A stretch of DNA of 64,000 bases from Planctomycetaceae bacterium (lineage in GTDB: Bacteria; Planctomycetota; Planctomycetia; Pirellulales; PALSA-1355): contig PLYM01000064.1 of assembly GCA_003153375.1 (NCBI GenBank), positions 6,449 to 70,448 on the forward strand. The letters are read 5' to 3'. Position numbers and translations under genes: made by a program. This document shows, piece after piece, positions 59,571 through 64,000 of the stretch (position 1 is the stretch's first letter; each line of letters opens with the position of its first letter). The notes beneath the pieces were generated by a model that made no database searches, had not been told where the DNA came from, and saw nothing but the letters and a program-made list of their open reading frames with translations.

Positions 59571-60194
59571 ATGCGCACTCCGCGATTCTTGTATTTCGAT
59601 TTGGGCAACGTGCTGTTGAACTTCGACCATCGGCAGGCCTGCCGACAGATGGGCGACGTCGCGGGGATCAGCGCCGACAAAGTTTGGGACGTGGTGTTTG
59701 CAAGCGATCTCGAGCTGCGCTACGAGGCAGGCGAGTTGGACGACCGGCAGTTTTACGAAGCGTTCTGCCAGGCAACTGATTCGCGAGCTGATTTCGACAA
59801 GCTGCTGCTGGCCGGCAGCGAAATCTTCACGCCCAACTTCTCGATGTCCCCCTTGGTGGCGGCGCTCGACGCGGCCCGCTACCCGCTAGGCATCCTCTCG
59901 AACACCTGCCCGGGGCATTGGCGCTATTGCAGCGACGGCCGTTATGGGCTGATCACCGAAGCCTTTCACTTCTACGCACTCAGTTATGAGTTGGGAGCCT
60001 GCAAGCCGGCGGCGAAGATTTTCGAAGGGGCCGCGAAGCTCGCGGGTGTTCCGGCCGAAGAAATCTTTTTTGTCGACGACGTCGCCGCCAACGTCGCCGG
60101 CGCCAAGGCGGCCGGGTTCGACGCCGTTCAATACACCACGACGCCTCAATTGGTCGCCGATCTACGGGCCCGCGGTCTGAAGTTCAACTACTGA
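59571..60194 (+). CDS. HAD family hydrolase (subfamily IA-like)
   Basis: FLYFDLGNVLL (motif I variant), LSNT and FVDDVAANVAGA (motif IV). Confidence 0.8.
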   Translation: MRTPRFLYFDLGNVLLNFDHRQACRQMGDVAGISADKVWDVVFASDLELRYEAGELDDRQFYEAFCQATDSRADFDKLLLAGSEIFTPNFSMSPLVAALDAARYPLGILSNTCPGHWRYCSDGRYGLITEAFHFYALSYELGACKPAAKIFEGAAKLAGVPAEEIFFVDDVAANVAGAKAAGFDAVQYTTTPQLVADLRARGLKFNY

Positions 60195-60195
60195 G

Positions 60196-60993
60196 CTAGC
60201 CCACGGCACTGGGCTCGCCGACCAGCAGGGGATCAAGACCGCACAAGTCGGCCACCGAGTCGACCGTCACGTCGGGCCGATAGGCATAACGGGCCAGGTC
60301 TTCCGGCCGGGTGCCGCCCGAGAACACCAGCACGGTACGGTAGCCCATCTGCACGCCGCCCAGGATGTCGGTCTCCATCGTGTCGCCGATGATGGTCGTC
60401 TCGGCAGTGGCCAAGCCCAATTCCTTGCGAGCCATGCGCATCATCACGGGACTGGGCTTGCCGACGCTGAAGGCCTTCACGCCAGTGGCGGTCTCGAGCA
60501 TGGCGACGATCGCGCCGCAGCCCGGCCGGCTGCCGTGCTGCGTCGGGCAATTCGGATCGAGATTCGTGGCGATCAGCTTGGCCCCATTCAGAATCATGCG
60601 GGTGGCGGCCTCGAGCATCTCGAACGTGAACGCGCGTCCTTCGCCCACGACGACGTAGTCCGGGTCGTGATCGACGATTGAATAGCCATTGGTGTGCAAG
60701 GCTTGCAGCAGTCCGCCTTCGCCGATCACATAGGCCGTGCCGCCGGAGAGCTGCTGCGCCAAGAATCTCGCGGTTGCGATCGCGCAAGTGAACACGTGCC
60801 GCTCCTCGACTTCAATGCCCATCCGCGCCAGGCGCGTGACCACGTCGCGTCGCGTGCGCTGGCTGTTATTGGTGAGAAAGGTGAACGGCGTATCGGTCAC
60901 CTGAAGTTGTTGAATGAACTCGGCGGCGCCGGGGATCAGTTGGCCCCCGCGATAAATGACGCCATCCATGTCGATCAAAAAGCCGCGTTGCAT
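60196..60993 (-). CDS. HAD-IIA family hydrolase (NagD-like)
   Basis: Trimmed to ATG 60991-60993. GFLIDMDGVIYRG, FLTNNS, KPSP and IGDTMETDILGG. Confidence 0.85.
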   Translation of the reverse strand: MQRGFLIDMDGVIYRGGQLIPGAAEFIQQLQVTDTPFTFLTNNSQRTRRDVVTRLARMGIEVEERHVFTCAIATARFLAQQLSGGTAYVIGEGGLLQALHTNGYSIVDHDPDYVVVGEGRAFTFEMLEAATRMILNGAKLIATNLDPNCPTQHGSRPGCGAIVAMLETATGVKAFSVGKPSPVMMRMARKELGLATAETTIIGDTMETDILGGVQMGYRTVLVFSGGTRPEDLARYAYRPDVTVDSVADLCGLDPLLVGEPSAVG

Positions 60994-61305
60994 GTTGCCT
61001 ATCCCCTCGACGGTTTCACGAATGGTTCGCGCCCGCCGGCCGTTTGCTAGCGGTCGACAAAAAGCGCGATTTCTCTTACCACGCGTGCATCGTTGCAACG
61101 AACGTGCCACGGGGCAAGAACTGACACCAACTTCTAACGATTCGTGAAACCCGCGCTCATCGAAGCGCGCAAGTCGTTATGCGGCGCGCGCGATTGCGCA
61201 AAAACTCATCAGAGCTGCCGCGTCGCAATGCAACAGAATGCGGCACTGGCCTGCGCCCTCGTTATGCAGCGAGCGAACGCAGCGCTAGCGAAATATCAAG
61301 AACGT

Positions 61306-62616
61306 TTAGAGATACGTGTTGATGATATTTTCCAGCAGCTCCTGCCGTCCGCTCTTGCAGGGCGTGACTTCTCCCTTTTCGAGCATGTATTTTTCGAGCG
61401 ATGCGAAATTTTCCTTGCCCGCGGCAATCTTCGCGCCGATGCCCGAGTCCCAGGAGCCGTAGCGCTCCTTGAGCATCTTGTCGAGAATGCCGTCGGCGCG
61501 AATGGCCGCGGCGATTTTGAGCCCGCGGGCAAATGCGTCCATGCCGCCGACGTGAGCGTGAAACAGATCGACGGGGTCGAAGCTTTCGCGGCGCACCTTG
61601 GCGTCGAAATTGATGCCGCCCGGCGCCAATCCGCCATACTTCAGCAGCGACAGCATGCAGGTCGTCGTCAGATAGATGTCGGTAGGAAATTGATCGGTGT
61701 CCCAGCCCAACAGCAGATCGCCGGTGTTGGCATCAATCGAACCCAGGAAGCCCTGGCTGCCGGCATACTCCAATTCGTGCTGCATCGAGTGGCCGGCGAG
61801 CGTGGCGTGATTGGTCTCGATGTTCATCTTCACGTGATCCGCTAGGTCGTAAGCCCGCAGGAAGTTGATGCAGTTGGCCACGTCGTAGTCGTACTGGTGC
61901 TTGGTCGGCTCCTTGGGCTTGGGCTCGAAATAGAACTGGCCCGTAAAGCCGATCTGCTTGGCATGCGCAACGGCCATGTGCATGAACGCGGCCAGGTGAT
62001 CGACCTCGCGCTTCATGTCCGTATTCCACAAGTTCATGTATCCTTCGCGGCCGCCCCAGAAGGTGTAGCCGGAGCCGCCGAGGTCCTTGGTGACCTCGAT
62101 CGCTTTCTTCACTTGCGCGGCCGCGTAGGCAAACGCGTCGGCATTGCAACTGGTTGCGGCGCCGTGGACGTAGCGCGGATTGCTGAACAGGTTGGCGGTG
62201 CCCCACAGCAGTTTGATGCCGGTGCGCTGCTGTTCCTCTTTGAGCACCTTGACCACGGCGTCGAGGTTCTTGTTGCTCTCGGCCAGGTTCTTGCCCTCGG
62301 GCGCCACGTCGCGATCGTGAAAGCAATAGAAGTGAACGCCCAGCTTCTCCATGAACTCGAAGGCCACCTTGACCCGATTCTGCGCGTTCTCGACGGTGTC
62401 CTGCGCGCCTTCCCAAGGGCGAATCATCGTGCCGGGCCCGAACGGATCCGCACCCGCGCCCCGGAACGTGTGCCAATAGGCCACGGCAAAGCGGAAGTGG
62501 TCCTTCATCGGCTTGCCTTCGACGACCTCGTTCTCGTCGTAGTGGTGGAAGGCCAGCATGTTCTTGCTCTTGGGACCTTCGAAGCGAATCTTTTCGACGT
62601 CGGGAAATGCGGCCAT
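61306..62616 (-). CDS. xylA: xylose isomerase
   Basis: Trimmed to ATG 62614-62616. [39 protein letters not shown] and ANHATLAGH. Confidence 0.93.
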   Translation of the reverse strand: MAAFPDVEKIRFEGPKSKNMLAFHHYDENEVVEGKPMKDHFRFAVAYWHTFRGAGADPFGPGTMIRPWEGAQDTVENAQNRVKVAFEFMEKLGVHFYCFHDRDVAPEGKNLAESNKNLDAVVKVLKEEQQRTGIKLLWGTANLFSNPRYVHGAATSCNADAFAYAAAQVKKAIEVTKDLGGSGYTFWGGREGYMNLWNTDMKREVDHLAAFMHMAVAHAKQIGFTGQFYFEPKPKEPTKHQYDYDVANCINFLRAYDLADHVKMNIETNHATLAGHSMQHELEYAGSQGFLGSIDANTGDLLLGWDTDQFPTDIYLTTTCMLSLLKYGGLAPGGINFDAKVRRESFDPVDLFHAHVGGMDAFARGLKIAAAIRADGILDKMLKERYGSWDSGIGAKIAAGKENFASLEKYMLEKGEVTPCKSGRQELLENIINTYL

Positions 62617-62880
62617 CGGTGTCTCTCTCGTGCGAATCGGGAAAACGACGGGGTGGAAGCGAAGCGCTATCGTGGCAAATTCCCGGGGGGCGAGCAAGGG
62701 GCTGATGGGCCGGCGCGATCCGTCAAAACGGTACGTTGGCGAGCGGAGCGGCCCGGTGATCCGGCGTGACGGCGGAATAGCCCCCGGGTACTTCAACCAA
62801 GAGAGACGGCCGAGGCGGGCTCAAGGCGATCTGACCGCGGCACCGAGGCGATCAGCGACTCCGCAAAGCTGTGCGGCGCG

Positions 62881-63126
62881 CTAATTCCAAATCGAAAACA
62901 GACGGCGATGATAGCGCGGGATCTCCGTGGCGGCCTGGGCCCGTTGATAAGCCAGACGGTAGATCTCTTGCTGCCAGCCATTGGCGGCCAGCAACTGTGC
63001 GGGACAGATCACGAATCCTGGCGGAATGGCAGCCGCGACCTGCGGAGGTTTTGTTGCAGGCACAACCTGCTCGGCGAAATTGACAGCCGACTGCGTCATA
63101 TATCGGCGAATTCGATTCGATGCCAT
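62881..63126 (-). CDS. hypothetical 81-aa protein
   Basis: Track ORF 62881..63174 trimmed to ATG 63124-63126, which sits 10 nt after a perfect AAGGAGG (63137-63143). MASNRIRRYMTQSAVNFAEQV...RYHRRLFSIWN. No family recognised. Confidence 0.45.
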   Translation of the reverse strand: MASNRIRRYMTQSAVNFAEQVVPATKPPQVAAAIPPGFVICPAQLLAANGWQQEIYRLAYQRAQAATEIPRYHRRLFSIWN

Positions 63127-63653
63127 GCTTACTGCACCTCCTTGATAAACCCACTTCAGAATGAGTTTCGTCATGGCGGTGCTAGCATCTTGCGTGTTTT
63201 ACCCGGGCCGCTGACATTTACCCAAAAACCCGGCAAACTGCCGGCCGGGGGGGCGGAGAAGCAAGGATCCATCGACTTTGTCGCTCACGCGATTTCTACT
63301 GCCGGCGCGTGTGAAGGGATAACAATTAGGGCGTTCATTCCGCCCCAGTCGATGCCCGGCGGATGACGTTCTGCCGGTGGCACGGGGTGCCAAATCGAAT
63401 CGGGCCGCGGGGAAACCCTGAAAATCAGAATTGCGAAACGCTAGGGCCCGTGCTTATATTTCTGAAGTCAGCGACAATGCCCACCCGGCTAGCGGGAGGC
63501 ATTTCTCTTTCAGACCGATGCGCGTATCTGACTGAATTGATCGGAGGAACGCAGACTCAACGGGCCTATTTGCCGGTTCTGACGGAGCGTTTCCGCAACG
63601 AGGCCAATTCTTCGACGGCCACGGCAGTAGGCTCTCAGCGAAAGGATTTAGCT

Positions 63654-64000
63654 ATGAGCAGCGCAATTCTTGAACGATCCTCGATGGGAGCACCGTTTAG
63701 TGCCTCGAGCATGGGTGCCCCCGCTCCTTCCTCGCCGGCTGCCGGCAACTGGTGCGTCGTTCCGCGGTGCACCATGAAGATTGAGAAGTGCCAAGGTGGA
63801 ATGAAAATCAAGTGCGTCTGCGACGATGACGTGTCGTGCGCCACGTTGCAGAATCTTTGCAAGATGCTGGCCGACGGCATGTGCAGTTGCTGCTGCACGC
63901 TCAACGGCATGACCGTCTGCCAGTGCAACCTGACCTGCGGCATGTGCACCTGCGAGTGCACCAAGGACGGCGTTTGCATCACCTGCAAGAGCGGCGACAA
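63654..64000 (+). CDS. cysteine-rich protein, 3' end beyond the window
   Basis: Own translation; not in the track because there is no stop. ATG 63654 with AAGGA 7 nt upstream. MSSAILERSSMGAPFSASSMGAPAPSSPAAGNWCVVPRCTMKIEKCQGGMKIKCVCDDDVSCATLQNLCKMLADGMCSCCCTLNGMTVCQCNLTCGMCTCECTKDGVCITCKSGD. Strong G/C third-position bias in this frame. Confidence 0.6.
   Translation, partial: MSSAILERSSMGAPFSASSMGAPAPSSPAAGNWCVVPRCTMKIEKCQGGMKIKCVCDDDVSCATLQNLCKMLADGMCSCCCTLNGMTVCQCNLTCGMCTCECTKDGVCITCKSGD

Noticed and set aside
61152-61212. CUGAUGAG-like strings and a CGCGCT-CATCGA-AGCGCG hairpin downstream of xylA (hammerhead-like at first glance)
   Set aside because: I could not assemble the three-stem hammerhead core (no properly placed GAAA or cleavage triplet). 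It is probably a chance match or just a 3' UTR hairpin.
62617-62796. N-terminal extensions offered by the ORF track (here xylA; also 8617-8754, 26355-26528, 27296-27355, 28527-28613, 30864-31133, 32852-33076, 37914-38096, 40016-40060, 52326-52445, 58764-58892, 60994-61110, 3076-3126, 6278-6328)
   Set aside because: In GC-rich DNA stop codons are rare, so frames stay open upstream of the true start. I chose the downstream ATG where it produces a signal peptide or lipobox, the conserved family N-terminus, an ATGA/TAATG coupling with the upstream gene, or an SD-like motif.
63378-63392. TGGCAC...GCC resembling a sigma-54 -24/-12 promoter
   Set aside because: The GC of the -12 box is displaced by 2 nt relative to the GG-N10-GC spacing and there is no TTGC. 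It also lies about 270 nt from the nearest start codon.
63363-63653. In-frame upstream extension of the Cys-rich ORF (ATG 63363 or 63477)
   Set aside because: The frame is open back to 63330. The extension has clearly weaker G/C third-position bias (roughly half of codons by my count) and no SD, and it covers the promoter-like TTGCGA/TATATT pair. ATG 63654 with AAGGA upstream fits better. This is not fully excluded.
63635-64000. 121-aa minus-strand track ORF at the window end
   Set aside because: It is antisense to the Cys-rich plus-strand ORF. Its His/Gln/Met-rich composition arises from reading TGC/ATG-rich codons backwards, and it has no SD. The plus frame has the codon bias.

Overview
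GC-rich (about 60% by eye, not computed), almost fully coding bacterial chromosomal segment. I call 53 CDS. Two run off the window edges and so are missing from the ORF track, and three are below its size cut-off. I see no rRNA or tRNA, no CRISPR array, and no transposase, integrase or phage genes. The gene content suggests Planctomycetota (inference): a MoxR-DUF58-BatA/vWA cluster, DUF1080, NPCBM, giant TPR and PQQ-propeller proteins, and a split cytochrome b next to a giant multihaem cytochrome c. Layout: (i) 1-6.3 kb is a translationally coupled operon of TPR/HExxH peptidase, MazG-like protein, membrane protein and ABC ATPase. (ii) 6.4-10 kb holds housekeeping singles (Cof phosphatase, NirD-like Rieske, MBL hydrolase, ApgM). 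(iii) 10-26 kb is one long minus-strand MoxR/DUF58/vWA Bat-like cluster, extended by a 1218-aa coiled-coil membrane protein, a Tat-exported prenyltransferase-fold protein and an NPCBM protein. (iv) 27-48 kb is an uninterrupted ~21-kb minus-strand respiratory string: Rieske, split cytochrome b, octahaem cytochrome c, two amicyanin-like cupredoxin paralogues, dihaem cytochrome c, aa3-type oxidase (ctaC, ctaD, ctaA, ctaB, ctaE, subunit IV), ABC exporter, SCO, DUF420. (v) 48-63 kb is mixed housekeeping (pyrBC, dps, purD, argG, xylA, HAD phosphatases, GGDEF). (vi) The last ~350 bp begin a very cysteine-rich ORF (19 Cys in the last 83 codons seen) that the window end cuts off. I do not see a clear-cut novel multi-gene system. 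The items most worth following up are the truncated Cys-rich ORF with its long divergent control region, the cupredoxin pair and octahaem/PDZ cytochrome inside the respiratory string, and the extended Bat-like cluster. All family assignments come from motif recognition by eye, with no database search.
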